From a virus (Duplodnaviria > Caudoviricetes), in the IMG/VR virus record IMGVR_UViG_3300021389_000031, positions 1-53,085 of that record: a stretch of DNA of 53,085 bases; one strand, written 5' to 3'. The notes below the pieces were generated by a model. It ran no database searches. It saw only the letters and a list, made by a program, of their open reading frames with translations, and was not told the DNA's origin. Positions 36,301 to 45,119 of the stretch are shown one piece after another (positions within the stretch are counted from its first letter, which is position 1; every line of letters starts with the position of its first letter). Made by a program: the position numbers and the translations under genes.

Positions 36301-36772
36301 GGGTAGGGCACCTACCTATACCTCAAGGCTACTGAACACAGTAGGTATACGGGATTTTGACAAGATTGTAGCTTCCTACTCTGATGCAGAGAAAGCTGAT
36401 AATCGGTACAACAAGATTTTTAATTTGCTGGTTGAAGAGAGGTCTAAGGCTCTTTGGAACTTGAAGGGTTTCCAAGGTAGACCCCGTGAAGAGAAAGAAG
36501 TCCTCATCAGAGATCTTATTAAAGATGTTGCCACTATGACAAAGGATCTGATGAAGCAAAACGTGGTGGACTCTGGAGACCGTAGACTTGCTAAAATGCT
36601 CTCTATTGCTAATTTGGCAGGATCTATTTCTAAGATAGATAAAGCCCTAAAAGCTATTTCTCAGTCTACTGGGGAGGGTGGGGAGCTTAAGTTTGACGAT
36701 CTCACAGAGGGTCAGTTGGATATGCTAGAGACTTACCTAAAGCAACGAGATACAATCATTCGTCTGAAATAA
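33338..36772 (+). CDS. Large internal virion (ejection) protein
   Basis: 1144 aa, last gene of the structural arm; DP.NY motif, hydrophobic Gly/Ala stretches. Confidence 0.7.
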   Translation: MTETLNPFKGPIKGATVAPPQNPFKGPVVQPEKPVQKGYTESDLVLDDYYPVVADFMRARHNYSEEELADRENTVKTFINESRFFAGGNAPQAVSEIAFITKHSKDKDTLAKLGAGYDLFQNMSGLFSEDTTWGETAGGTWDYLRSALVDPVNYASLFTGGLAKAAVTGGSKVGTKVAQKLAMDAYTTTLRGKIAGGLTEVAAKELATKAAEKVFGQSMLSMGVQKSAQMGVNRAARMATTSAFGKLTNKGALAAIIASGSVDTLSAIGTDVAYQKSLIKTGAQEEYNPYQTGLAALAGIAMSGVQAGLQLRSGASNLALPSVDVAKPVSGDVVRNFRSSLLEGDWKAKVAAGKELKDQDTEFFIRFILGDDSLKLKGLSQSLYEAGYVWQRRSEDDSISNFVTDILKDFDPTEARGFLQDFEKATGVKMPETTDALKDMETFSNIFAKKVSDGGRLHNALSQMARKLGKDVEDVTFEDMVTDALGQTTFKGKTVIEKAIFDKLPKNIATFQNNVIRGIVSNLSTTGLNFRGWRFNTLMNSITDLSLAGVHGGAGFWFKWTGNEVLSKEQLRIAGQLVEANIQKAKNLLDPDMTLEAFESLALKSPKDFQSLLHTFAGGVDNSTQFTGRLGFDPEETVLSKNVERGMEVLQKLGAVRAVDMLTKSQEYVYQLDKALRISSINKGWSEFFDHPNAAKMMNTKEFMEASAKALYETERALMSHSFRGAGGFTGEFATLLEDFRKLPGLGLLVPFGRFFNNTIATMMDGAGLSLVGKLIGKQKMRSTPELVIRAASAWGLIFSMGDSAKSAIDQGLGLFETRSPSTGDVKDWKYEYPASVMIGTAKVLEYLNSGDGSVPKGIAKEYLEVIGGQLTRDLSDTATGIFRVVEDALTGDIEPLVAAGRLLGGILEKPTAGITRAFEPYNDLAGLLRGNDFVSPDRRQGSKVLNNSLRYIDQFTGAIFGDLEEQKYNPVSGAAGLNPTKYMTVREGRAPTYTSRLLNTVGIRDFDKIVASYSDAEKADNRYNKIFNLLVEERSKALWNLKGFQGRPREEKEVLIRDLIKDVATMTKDLMKQNVVDSGDRRLAKMLSIANLAGSISKIDKALKAISQSTGEGGELKFDDLTEGQLDMLETYLKQRDTIIRLK

Positions 36773-36798
36773 AAAGAAGGGGCCGCGAGGCCCCTTTT
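36771..36798. terminator. Bidirectional terminator at the convergence of the two arms
   Basis: AAAAAG-AAGGGGCC-GCGA-GGCCCCTT-TT. Confidence 0.85.
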
Positions 36799-36801
36799 AC
36801 T

Positions 36802-37026
36802 TTAAGCATCATCATCAAGCATATAGTCAGCCCATTCGTTAGCTTCCCTCTTGATGTCCTCTCGCCTAACTGCTCCTGTGTGCCTCATAAGGAGTCCAGT
36901 AAGTGCAGCAGCAGCGAAGTATCGTCTAGCAGTCATTGGTTTTGGTGGTTGTAGTGGCTTCTTCTCTTCCAAGAACTGCTTTGCTTCTGCCTCAAGTGGC
37001 AGTGGTTTTTTTCTTGGACGTGCCAT
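36802..37026 (-). CDS. Hypothetical protein
   Basis: MT.R.YFAA.ALTGLL...A..WAD.ML motif common in phage small proteins. Confidence 0.7.
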   Translation of the reverse strand: MARPRKKPLPLEAEAKQFLEEKKPLQPPKPMTARRYFAAAALTGLLMRHTGAVRREDIKREANEWADYMLDDDA

Positions 37027-37162
37027 TGATCTTCTCTAGGTTAAGGAAGTATGCCTTATTGAAACCAAATTGCCAATCTCGGTGATCTTTGGTATCAGGC
37101 TTATGGGGGTTGCTGATCTGCCCCCGGCGAAAGTCTTTCCACCCTTGGTCGTAAGGACTCAT
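36992..37162 (-). CDS. Rmf/CrpP-like small protein (56 aa)
   Basis: MSPYDQGWKDFRRGQISNPH...DWQFGFNKAY; not in the ORF track; coupled to the upstream stop. Confidence 0.55.
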   Translation of the reverse strand: MSPYDQGWKDFRRGQISNPHKPDTKDHRDWQFGFNKAYFLNLEKINGTSKKKTTAT

Positions 37163-37353
37163 GCAGGGTCTCCCCAGTTAACACACTTGTACAAGATCTG
37201 TACATTCTCTCCCTCAGCCTGAAGAAAGAAATCTGAGGCAATGCTTTGTGCTGCAGCTTCACAGAAAGCTTCAGACATAAACACAGGCTTTGGTGCGGCA
37301 GTGACACACTGTCCAACGGACATATTACAAACCATAAAGACAAGACTAAGCAT
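37159..37353 (-). CDS. Small Cys-containing protein with hydrophobic N-terminus
   Basis: MLSLVFMVC...C...FCE...YKC. Confidence 0.6.
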   Translation of the reverse strand: MLSLVFMVCNMSVGQCVTAAPKPVFMSEAFCEAAAQSIASDFFLQAEGENVQILYKCVNWGDPA

Positions 37354-37810
37354 GGGGATCTCCTTTGAATTGTGGGTCGTCTAGTAGCTCTTGAAGGTAC
37401 TTCCTGAGTTTTTCTTTACCAGATAGTCGAGCTAGTACTCTGCATCCACTATAGATAACCTTCTTTGCATCGTAGGGAAGACTGGTACCATCCTTGTCGC
37501 CCCACCTACAGAGGGCCTTTGTGACGTTCCCCCAGTGGAAGGAGTCTGCTCCCCACTGCTTGTCGCTCTTATACTCGATGTAATCGTTAAGGGTATTCCA
37601 ACTACTGGGGAAGTCGTAGTAGTCTGAGGGGCCACCATCGGAGGTCTTTTCGTCACCGTAGTAAGGTCTAATCTCATCTTCTGTTAGAAGAAAGATATTC
37701 CCAAATTGTACGTAATAGTATACCTCTGAGATTTCCTCTACAATACCTACATAATTATAGACACTGTAAGCTTTGCTGGTACAAATCACCTTATCGCCAA
37801 CTTTAATCAT
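37346..37810 (-). CDS. DUF3310-like protein with N-terminal KOW-like segment
   Basis: GGPSDYY..LND.IE..F..GNV.KA..R...K.....D.KK. Confidence 0.6.
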   Translation of the reverse strand: MIKVGDKVICTSKAYSVYNYVGIVEEISEVYYYVQFGNIFLLTEDEIRPYYGDEKTSDGGPSDYYDFPSSWNTLNDYIEYKSDKQWGADSFHWGNVTKALCRWGDKDGTSLPYDAKKVIYSGCRVLARLSGKEKLRKYLQELLDDPQFKGDPHA

Positions 37811-38508
37811 AGACCCTCCTCATAGAAAGCTGTGAGCCACTCTTTGCAGATCTCACTTCGTACCACATCTGCCAAAGTAAACTCAATCAAATTACAACTC
37901 ATATTGTACTTCTTGGCCAAGTGGATGGCTTTAGACAACCCTGACTGTTCTTTGATGTCTGACTGTCTGATGTCCCCATTAAGGACTAGCTGGCAGTTTT
38001 CCCCAATACGAGTTACAAGCATCTTGAACTGAGCGACATCAAGATTCTGAGACTCATCCGCCAAGATAAGGGCATCTTTGAAAGAGCTTCCTCGCATGTA
38101 CTCCAAGGGAGCCATAACGATGTTACCATTCTTGATCCCAGTCTCTACTTCACCCTTCCCGAGTTGTTCCTCAAGGACACTTAGAACAGGACTAAGCCAA
38201 GGCCCGAACTTCTCCTCTAGGGTACCGGGAAGCGCCCCAAGGGATTTACCCACAGAGACTGCAGGACGTGTAATGATGATCTTGTGAATCTCTCTGGTAG
38301 CATAGAGGTTGGCTGCGTGGGTAGCTGCTAGGAAGGTTTTACCTGTACCTGAAGGCCCAAGCACGATTACCTGTTTAGAGGTTTTTAGTGCATTGATGTA
38401 CTTCTTTTGATTGTCGTTAAGCGGTTCGAGGACCCTTACTTTTGAGTTCCCTTCTTCTTTAGCCCCTTTATACCGACTTACCCGTTTTCCTCGGGGTTTT
38501 TCAATCAT
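37807..38508 (-). CDS. phoH: PhoH family ATPase
   Basis: GPSGTGKT, ITRP, LG.LPG, YMRG.SF, DESQN, GD..QSD. Confidence 0.93.
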   Translation of the reverse strand: MIEKPRGKRVSRYKGAKEEGNSKVRVLEPLNDNQKKYINALKTSKQVIVLGPSGTGKTFLAATHAANLYATREIHKIIITRPAVSVGKSLGALPGTLEEKFGPWLSPVLSVLEEQLGKGEVETGIKNGNIVMAPLEYMRGSSFKDALILADESQNLDVAQFKMLVTRIGENCQLVLNGDIRQSDIKEQSGLSKAIHLAKKYNMSCNLIEFTLADVVRSEICKEWLTAFYEEGL

Positions 38509-38541
38509 TGATCTTTCCTTGATTGAGTTTATGGAGTTTCA

Positions 38542-38570
38542 AGTATAGTTGAGAATATGGATTAGCTCAA
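38542..38570 (-). promoter_or_regulatory. sigma70-like promoter for phoH
   Basis: TTGAGC-N17-TATACT on the minus strand. Confidence 0.5.
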
Positions 38571-38572
38571 GT

Positions 38573-38598
38573 AAAAAGAAAGGCCCCGAAGGGCCTAA
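38573..38598 (-). terminator. Rho-independent terminator after nrdJ
   Basis: AGGCCC-TTCG-GGGCCT-TTCTTTTT on the minus strand. Confidence 0.85.
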
Positions 38599-38600
38599 CT

Positions 38601-40349
38601 TTAGGTAAGACTGTCACAACTACGGATACCTGTTTCAGGGTCGATATAGCAAGCACCCCCCTCAACAACTACTTCGTCTTCTTTTGTATCATCTTCAACA
38701 ACATCTTCACTGGTAGATGCGTTGAGAATCCCGAACCTCTTGCCAGCCGCACGGAAGGTAGTGCAACCTTTTGCCCCACCTTCGTAGGCACGGAGATAGA
38801 CTCCTTTGAACTCCTCCCAAGTAACACTGGCACCCACATTGCACGTCTTAGAGCAAGCACTATCGATCCACTTTTGGGCTGCAGTTAGCATATCCACATG
38901 TTCAAAAACCGAGACCTGATCCGCTGTCTTACACTTAATACCCCACTCTCGGTAAGCGTAGTCTTCGATACGTTCTACAACAGGACCATCCGCCGTCTGG
39001 ACTGTACGGTTATACTCTAGGGAGAATACTGGCTCCAAACCAGAAGAGATATTGTTTGCCGTAAGACTGATAGTACCAGTTGGGGCGATAGAGGTTAGGT
39101 GAGAGTTGCGGATGCCATACTTATGAATATCCTCCTGCAACTCTGGGTCCAACTTCTGGATAAAGGCACTACCACAATACTCTTGTGTGAACAGTGGGAA
39201 GGGACCTTTCTCTTCTGCGAGACGTACAGAAGCTCGGTAACACTCGTGGGCAATAATTTTAAGGAGACATTCAGTCCAATCTTGAGCCTCTTTAGAACCA
39301 TACTCAATACCAAGAGCACCTAGGGCGTTTCCTAGGCCAGTGACACCAAGACCCATCCTTCGTTTTGATTTGGCTTCTTGCTCCTGCTGAGGGAGTGGGT
39401 AAGTTGTCTCATCAATAACATTGTCCATTGCCCGTACAACATGGGGGATGTCTTCTTTCAGTAGGTCATAGTCAAAGACAAACACACCGCCAATTTTTCT
39501 GACATACTGTGTCAGGTTGTACGACCCAAGGAGACAAGCTCCGTAAGGGGGAAGGGGTTGTTCCCCGCATGGATTTGTTGCCGAAATATCTTCCAAGTAG
39601 AACAGATTGTTCATCTGGTTTACCCGGTCAATAAAAATGACTCCCGGCTCTGCCCAATCCCAAGTTGCCCGCAGGATAGTCTCCCAGAGACTCCTCGCAC
39701 GAACCGTCTCAAATACCCGACCTTCGAACACTAGATCAAAGTCTCTGTCAGCTTTTACAGCTTCCATAAAGTCATCAGTAACCAACACAGAGAGGTTGAA
39801 CTGTGTAAGGATGTGGTTGTTTGTTTTGGCAGTGATAAACTCTACAATGTCCGGATGATCTACCCGTAGACACCCCATCTGAGCACCACGTCGATGACCT
39901 GCAGAAGAGATTGTCTTACAGACAGCATCCATAATCCCCATAAAAGAGATTGGTCCCGATGCTTGAGAGCCTAGTGACTTGATCCGAGCACCTTTTGGTC
40001 GGATACCAGAAAAATCGTAACCAACACCACCACCAAGCTGCATGGTGCGGGCAGCCTCTTTTGCTACATCCATGATACCAGAAAGGGAATCTGGGATCTT
40101 CTGCATGACAAAGCAGTTAAAAGCTGTGACCCGACGATAAGACCCTGCTGCAGATTGCACACGCCCCCCGGGGAGGAATCGTTGATACCGAAGGATTTCT
40201 TTCAGTTTCCGGTAGTGGTTCTCACTATCGCTAAGTGCGCTGGCAACACGTGCACATTTCTGGTCGTAAGTCTCCCCTTCTTGTCGATACTTCTTTTCAT
40301 CTGCCCAAATAGCGATAGGGATTTGCGGGCCGTATGTTGTGTCTAGCAT
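38601..40349 (-). CDS. nrdJ: Class II (B12-dependent) ribonucleotide reductase
   Basis: FNCFV, RRGAQM, TNPCGEQ, IAPTGTIS, C-terminal Cys pair; no beta-subunit gene; probable start MLDTTYG at 40349. Confidence 0.88.
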   Translation of the reverse strand: MLDTTYGPQIPIAIWADEKKYRQEGETYDQKCARVASALSDSENHYRKLKEILRYQRFLPGGRVQSAAGSYRRVTAFNCFVMQKIPDSLSGIMDVAKEAARTMQLGGGVGYDFSGIRPKGARIKSLGSQASGPISFMGIMDAVCKTISSAGHRRGAQMGCLRVDHPDIVEFITAKTNNHILTQFNLSVLVTDDFMEAVKADRDFDLVFEGRVFETVRARSLWETILRATWDWAEPGVIFIDRVNQMNNLFYLEDISATNPCGEQPLPPYGACLLGSYNLTQYVRKIGGVFVFDYDLLKEDIPHVVRAMDNVIDETTYPLPQQEQEAKSKRRMGLGVTGLGNALGALGIEYGSKEAQDWTECLLKIIAHECYRASVRLAEEKGPFPLFTQEYCGSAFIQKLDPELQEDIHKYGIRNSHLTSIAPTGTISLTANNISSGLEPVFSLEYNRTVQTADGPVVERIEDYAYREWGIKCKTADQVSVFEHVDMLTAAQKWIDSACSKTCNVGASVTWEEFKGVYLRAYEGGAKGCTTFRAAGKRFGILNASTSEDVVEDDTKEDEVVVEGGACYIDPETGIRSCDSLT

Positions 40350-40350
40350 T

Positions 40351-40497
40351 CTATGTCCTAATTGTAAGTCGGTGTGGTTGGTCCAGCACATGCTCGTGCC
40401 ACTTGAAAGAAACAAGTGCTGACTCTCCCGAAATCAGCACCTGCTTTTCTTTATCTTTGATCTGTTGCAGCCTTACGATTAACTCTTCAACGGTCAT
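40351..40497 (-). CDS. Small hypothetical protein (48 aa)
   Basis: MTVEELIVRLQQ...; fills the gap between mazG and nrdJ. Confidence 0.5.
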   Translation of the reverse strand: MTVEELIVRLQQIKDKEKQVLISGESALVSFKWHEHVLDQPHRLTIRT

Positions 40498-40864
40498 CCC
40501 CATTTCCTTGCAGCTTACCCCGATTTTTACGGGAGTTAAGTTTCTCTACATTCTTGTCTAGGACTTGTTGTAGGTCTGCATCAAAGTATGCTGAGAGTGC
40601 AGTCACATAGAAGAGGACATCCCCAAGCTCCTTGATAATTACTGTGGGGTCAACTGAGCCATCTCGGAAGTACTTCTTGATCTTCTCAGCTACCTCCCCT
40701 GCCTCTCCTACAAGGCCCAAGGTGTTCTCTACAAGACGTGTCTGGCCTGTAGTCAGCATCATGGTCTCTACCCAGTGAGAGTACTGAGAGGGACTCATAG
40801 GAGCTTCCTCTTCAGAGTAGTACTCATCTCCCATAAGGGCTTCAATGTCGCTAGCGTTAATCAT
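40487..40864 (-). CDS. MazG-like nucleotide pyrophosphohydrolase
   Basis: GLVGEAGEVAEKIKK..ELGDVLFY..N.EKL.SR..RG.L.G.GD.R. Confidence 0.88.
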   Translation of the reverse strand: MINASDIEALMGDEYYSEEEAPMSPSQYSHWVETMMLTTGQTRLVENTLGLVGEAGEVAEKIKKYFRDGSVDPTVIIKELGDVLFYVTALSAYFDADLQQVLDKNVEKLNSRKNRGKLQGNGDDR

Positions 40865-41021
40865 CTTCTTCTACCTCAAGGTATCCTAGGGTTACATCAT
40901 CAATCTCGTAGATCGCAGTGATAATGAGTTCTTCGATCACGGATAGGTTAGTGTTTCGGTCAGACTCCAGAAAGTTCGCATCGGGGTCTACAGTCAGTGA
41001 AAACGTAATGTTATACTTCAT
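40857..41021 (-). CDS. Small acidic protein (54 aa)
   Basis: MKYNITFSLTVDPDANFL...; overlaps the mazG start. Confidence 0.55.
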   Translation of the reverse strand: MKYNITFSLTVDPDANFLESDRNTNLSVIEELIITAIYEIDDVTLGYLEVEEDD

Positions 41022-41033
41022 TTTGGTACCTTG

Positions 41034-41810
41034 TCAACCGTAAGCTTTCTTCAATTGAGCTAGAGACACAAACTCTGGTTCGTAGTAACCGTTGCTGAGT
41101 TCTCGCTTAATCACAACACCCTTCCACCACTCTTTGTTGGACTGACCGGCCCAAGACTCCTCCGCGCCTTTGAAGCACCCCGCCACCAGACCAATAACCG
41201 GATTAGGGAAGGAGCCATCCTTAAAATAAATACTGCGTTTATGGCTGTGACCACAAGTAGCAGAACTATTGCGCTTTTGGAGAAGCCCATAAGCATGGTG
41301 AATACCAGACATAGCAGCACCATAGTTTCCAGCACCGAAATAGTGAGCATAACTAACGCCATCGTAAGTAGCGATAGCGGGGGCGGAATGTACGTAGTCA
41401 TGGTAATCCTCGAACCAATAGTCTGTCTGTAGGTGGGAGAAACTGATCCCATACTTAGAACCCTCTAGTCGTGGGTCCAAGGAAATTGCCTTGTGGATTC
41501 TTTGCTCATGGTTCCCAACGAGACCAATGCGATAAGGTCGCTTCCTTTTTGAGAGTCGAAAAGGTGCCCACAGACGGTCTTGAGACTCGTTGTAGGCTTC
41601 GATATCCCGTTGGTAACTTTGACTGACAATTGCTTGAGGATTCTTAGCACTGTCGTAGGCGTTCAAGCTCCTCATGTCAGCCCCATCACCCAAGTCTATA
41701 GTGTAGTCTGGTTTGATGTCTTGGATCAACTTGGATAGCCAATCAAAGCGTTCATTTGGGACACTAGGGTCTGCATGAGCGCAGGTCCATACGATACACG
41801 TCTTAGTCAT
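41034..41810 (-). CDS. Metallophosphoesterase
   Basis: C.H, LGD..D, GNHE, GHSH motifs. Confidence 0.85.
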   Translation of the reverse strand: MTKTCIVWTCAHADPSVPNERFDWLSKLIQDIKPDYTIDLGDGADMRSLNAYDSAKNPQAIVSQSYQRDIEAYNESQDRLWAPFRLSKRKRPYRIGLVGNHEQRIHKAISLDPRLEGSKYGISFSHLQTDYWFEDYHDYVHSAPAIATYDGVSYAHYFGAGNYGAAMSGIHHAYGLLQKRNSSATCGHSHKRSIYFKDGSFPNPVIGLVAGCFKGAEESWAGQSNKEWWKGVVIKRELSNGYYEPEFVSLAQLKKAYG

Positions 41811-42099
41811 AGTTAATCACCAAAGGTTCAATTTTCTTTCTAAAGTGGTCTTGCCACTTCTCTACACCGTCCATATCACTGAACCAGTATTCGTTGTAGA
41901 GGATCTGCCCATCAATCTCGATCTTACAGAGGAGCATATATTCCAAACCCTCTGGAACTTCAGGGTCCCCTACCTCATCCCTATGAAAAGGTCCAGACTC
42001 GATACCCCAAACATTAATCTTACTGTCTGTGGAGGGGGTGTAGCCCCAGTCAAAAGGGTCCTTTTGTCTCACGAAGAGATTCTTAATCCACCTTAGCAT
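41803..42099 (-). CDS. Hypothetical protein
   Basis: 98-aa ORF within the operon. Confidence 0.6.
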   Translation of the reverse strand: MLRWIKNLFVRQKDPFDWGYTPSTDSKINVWGIESGPFHRDEVGDPEVPEGLEYMLLCKIEIDGQILYNEYWFSDMDGVEKWQDHFRKKIEPLVINYD

Positions 42100-42442
42100 G
42101 TTTTGTTAACTCCATGAAGTGATTAAAATCTAGGATAGCTAGGGGCTTCTTCCTGTCCCCTTGGATAACCAGAAGGGGTTGGTACCCCCCAGCGTTAGCT
42201 TTAGCTTGCTCGTAAGGCCCGTATACAGCAAATGCCCTGTGTCGTTTGCACTCTACTGAGTAGGGGAAGAGTTTCCTAGCTGCAGGAGAAAGCTGCACAT
42301 CCTCCCCTCCCTGCCCCATCGCCGTACTCTTACAGTCGTCTGGCTCCAAAGAGTCGTAGGTCTCTAGTACTGCGTCCCTTACCAGTTGTTGTAGGGCACG
42401 ACCCTTACTCTTCCTTGAAGCAGTGGAGATACCTTTAGCCAT
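42083..42442 (-). CDS. PD-(D/E)XK endonuclease / Holliday junction resolvase-like
   Basis: KSKGR.LQ, G.DV.L, SVECK, QA. Confidence 0.75.
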   Translation of the reverse strand: MAKGISTASRKSKGRALQQLVRDAVLETYDSLEPDDCKSTAMGQGGEDVQLSPAARKLFPYSVECKRHRAFAVYGPYEQAKANAGGYQPLLVIQGDRKKPLAILDFNHFMELTKHAKVD

Positions 42443-43293
42443 TACTCGATGATCTCCACTACGTTAGGTTCTTTGGCTACCTTGGTGAGATAGACTGGAC
42501 CAGTACTATAAATAAATTTGCGAGCTTCTGGCCAACAGATCTTACTGAACTCGCAGTAGCTGCACTGCATTGGTAGCATCTCATTAGGAGATGTCTTAGA
42601 TTGTGGTACGGGTGTAAGGCGAGACTCAGGGATACTACCTTTAACCAACGTCTTAGCACGTTCCATCTCCTTCTCTTTTTGCTTCAACTCCTGCGTGAAG
42701 TCATATGTGTCCAAGCAAAGTTTGAACCTGTCTTTTTGGACTACAAGAAATGCGCCTTTCGTCTTGTTGGTGACTAGAGGATCATCTTTACCTGCGTAGA
42801 CGTAAGAACTTAGCTGGCTGATATACCCAAATGGGTCGTCGTTCCGAACACTGTTGGTGGCAAACTTCTGAAAGCTGTACTTGCTCGCAGACTTCACATC
42901 AACCGTTACCCCATCAATTACACAGTCTCGGTGACCTTTGATCCCATGAACCTCTAGTGTATCTTGTTCCCCCTGCACTTCGTGACCGGAAGCCTTAGCA
43001 AGGGCAATAACCAGAGCCTCAATCATATCCCCATAGAAGAAAGTTCCAAGGGACTCTGCACTAAGTTCCTCCCCTAGGTGTGAGGAGTTGACCTTGTACC
43101 AAAGCTTTCGGTCACAGGGGGTACCAATAGAAGATAGGGAGAGGTAACTTCGGGGTTGGGGTGGTTTGGAGAAGCGGTCGTTAGCTACTTTAGCTAGGTC
43201 TTTACCAAACACTTCTCCAATAGCACTTGTCCAACCCCCGAGACCCTTAACTACTTGCTCAATGTCGTAGACCAGTGTTGAGATATCTTTCAA
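42442..43293 (-). CDS. Cas4/RecB-like exonuclease
   Basis: SSIG.PC.RKLWY, GHRD, DVKSAS, Y..QL..Y, C.YC.F...CW. Confidence 0.85.
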   Translation of the reverse strand: MKDISTLVYDIEQVVKGLGGWTSAIGEVFGKDLAKVANDRFSKPPQPRSYLSLSSIGTPCDRKLWYKVNSSHLGEELSAESLGTFFYGDMIEALVIALAKASGHEVQGEQDTLEVHGIKGHRDCVIDGVTVDVKSASKYSFQKFATNSVRNDDPFGYISQLSSYVYAGKDDPLVTNKTKGAFLVVQKDRFKLCLDTYDFTQELKQKEKEMERAKTLVKGSIPESRLTPVPQSKTSPNEMLPMQCSYCEFSKICWPEARKFIYSTGPVYLTKVAKEPNVVEIIE

Positions 43294-43523
43294 ACCACTG
43301 CCTCCAAGAGGCGATCAAAGTCTGAACGTAGTACTGTCTTGATCCACTCGGGGTTCAGTTCCCGGGTGTCATACTCCAAAAGTTCTTCCTCGGTGGAGTA
43401 GTAGGCCAGTACCTCACAGAGAGAATCCCACACCCCCACATCTTCGTAGTCATTCAAAAACTCGATGGCTTCGATAGAATCCATGAGCATCTCTCGGGTG
43501 ATCTGAGTAAGAATACCGTCCAT
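43290..43523 (-). CDS. Hypothetical acidic protein
   Basis: 77-aa ORF within the operon. Confidence 0.6.
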   Translation of the reverse strand: MDGILTQITREMLMDSIEAIEFLNDYEDVGVWDSLCEVLAYYSTEEELLEYDTRELNPEWIKTVLRSDFDRLLEAVV

Positions 43524-43524
43524 G

Positions 43525-44349
43525 TTAAACTCCTTCTACAAGTGCCTTAGCAGACACTGGGTAGTATTGTTTCAGTTGATCGTAGATCTGTTGTGCGACA
43601 AGACGCGCCTCGTATTGTGCATCCGGGGAGAGTCGTAGCTGGCACATCTTTGCGAAGGCCCCCAGAGTACCACTCCAAGTCCAAGCAGTCATGGTGGCTT
43701 GTGGGAGCACCATACGGGCTTGCTCTGGAGCCACACCCCGGGTGAGCATGGCTTCATAGCACTCTAGGGCAGTATCGTAAGCATCCTTGTTATAGGTAAG
43801 TGTCCCCTCTACTGGGTCGTAGTAGTAACTGGTATCAATGCTTACAGAGGGGTCGCTACCTTGTTTTTTATCTTCTGAAGTCCCTCTCCAAGTATCTGGG
43901 GTGTAGAACTCAATACCCTCAGTGACATATCGTCTGGAGAACTCTGACAGGATCAAGTACTCATGTTTTACAAGTTGTGCCCTGACAAAGATTGGGGCCT
44001 CAACATCAAAGCTGATAAAGCAGTGGTTGAATGGTGTATCGTGGGTTGGTGTGTTTCGCCATTGCCACATCAACTGTTTCAGAAGACCTTTATCTCCCTG
44101 AGAGATTGAGTAGGTCCCGAAAATACTGTCCTCCACCTTATTAACAAACTGTTCGTAGTCTTTGGAGGTCATACCCCTAGCTAGGAACTCTAGTAGGCTT
44201 TTGTCAGAAGCCTTCAGTTTTGTGTCACCATTTTCTCCTACATCCCATGCAGACCTCTTGTTGAAAGACCTACGTGCTGCATTAACTACCGATAGATCTG
44301 TACCACAGTGGTAGTTGTATTCAACCCTTATCTGACTTTCCGGCATCTT
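43525..44349 (-). CDS. thyX: Flavin-dependent thymidylate synthase
   Basis: VVNAAR.S, H.TPF, APIFVRAQLVKH...SE.SRRY, PEQARMVLP, R....AQ.E.R. Confidence 0.92.
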   Translation of the reverse strand, partial: KMPESQIRVEYNYHCGTDLSVVNAARRSFNKRSAWDVGENGDTKLKASDKSLLEFLARGMTSKDYEQFVNKVEDSIFGTYSISQGDKGLLKQLMWQWRNTPTHDTPFNHCFISFDVEAPIFVRAQLVKHEYLILSEFSRRYVTEGIEFYTPDTWRGTSEDKKQGSDPSVSIDTSYYYDPVEGTLTYNKDAYDTALECYEAMLTRGVAPEQARMVLPQATMTAWTWSGTLGAFAKMCQLRLSPDAQYEARLVAQQIYDQLKQYYPVSAKALVEGV

Positions 44350-44527
44350 CATCCTCACCCTCAAAGAGGTTAATCATGGTGTCCTCGTGTAGGATGAGGA
44401 CAACCGACATGAACACCCACAGCAAGTTCTCCACCTGCTGCAGGGTGTCGTTATAGTAGAAGAAGTATAGGGCCAAGTTAATCAGCCCTACAATCCCTGC
44501 TCCAATCTGGACTACAGTAATAACCAT
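44321..44527 (-). CDS. Small membrane protein
   Basis: Two hydrophobic segments. Confidence 0.55.
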   Translation of the reverse strand: MVITVVQIGAGIVGLINLALYFFYYNDTLQQVENLLWVFMSVVLILHEDTMINLFEGEDEDAGKSDKG

Positions 44528-45066
44528 TAGAAGGGGATCTCATCATCCTCAAGATCATCTTTGGGTGGGGCTGCTTTAGGGGCTGCAGCTTTTGCCTTGG
44601 GGGTCTCTGGAATATCATCATCATCATCTGCATCAGGGTGATACTCATTATGCTCGATCACGATAACTTTTTCCAACCGAGTACCTACAATGTTCTTGCG
44701 GCTGGTGTCGTATACCGAGAGAACTACATCAACAGTAGAGCCGTTACCAAGGAATCCATCAATATCAAAGTCCCAGAGACTACCATCGACCTTGATAACA
44801 GTGGGTGCACCACCTCCGTAGTTCTCCTCCCACTTACGCTTGAATTTTACCCGGGTACAACCCTCATGTTCTGGGCTGGGCTTACCAGTGAGCATGGACT
44901 TGGACTTCTTCAGCTTTGCGAAGTTGTCCCCATCGAGGTCCATATCAATAGTGGTCTGACCACCAGTTTCCTTGAGGGCATCTTCAAACCCAGTCAAGTC
45001 GCGGTTCTCGGGAAACACTTTTGCCCAATAGGAAAGACCACGAAGTTTAACTTTGCGAGTAGCCAT
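44527..45066 (-). CDS. Single-stranded DNA-binding protein (T7 gp2.5-like)
   Basis: LGNGS.V.V, RL..V.V, acidic tail ending DDEIPF. Confidence 0.82.
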   Translation of the reverse strand: MATRKVKLRGLSYWAKVFPENRDLTGFEDALKETGGQTTIDMDLDGDNFAKLKKSKSMLTGKPSPEHEGCTRVKFKRKWEENYGGGAPTVIKVDGSLWDFDIDGFLGNGSTVDVVLSVYDTSRKNIVGTRLEKVIVIEHNEYHPDADDDDDIPETPKAKAAAPKAAPPKDDLEDDEIPF

Positions 45067-45119
45067 TTATATTTCTCCATCTTCTGTTTGAGAATAGTAG
45101 CAGGTTTTCTTTAGTGTGG

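Noticed and set aside
42442-43293. CRISPR-associated Cas4
   Set aside because: Solo Cas4-like exonucleases are routine in phage replication modules; no cas1 or array is present.
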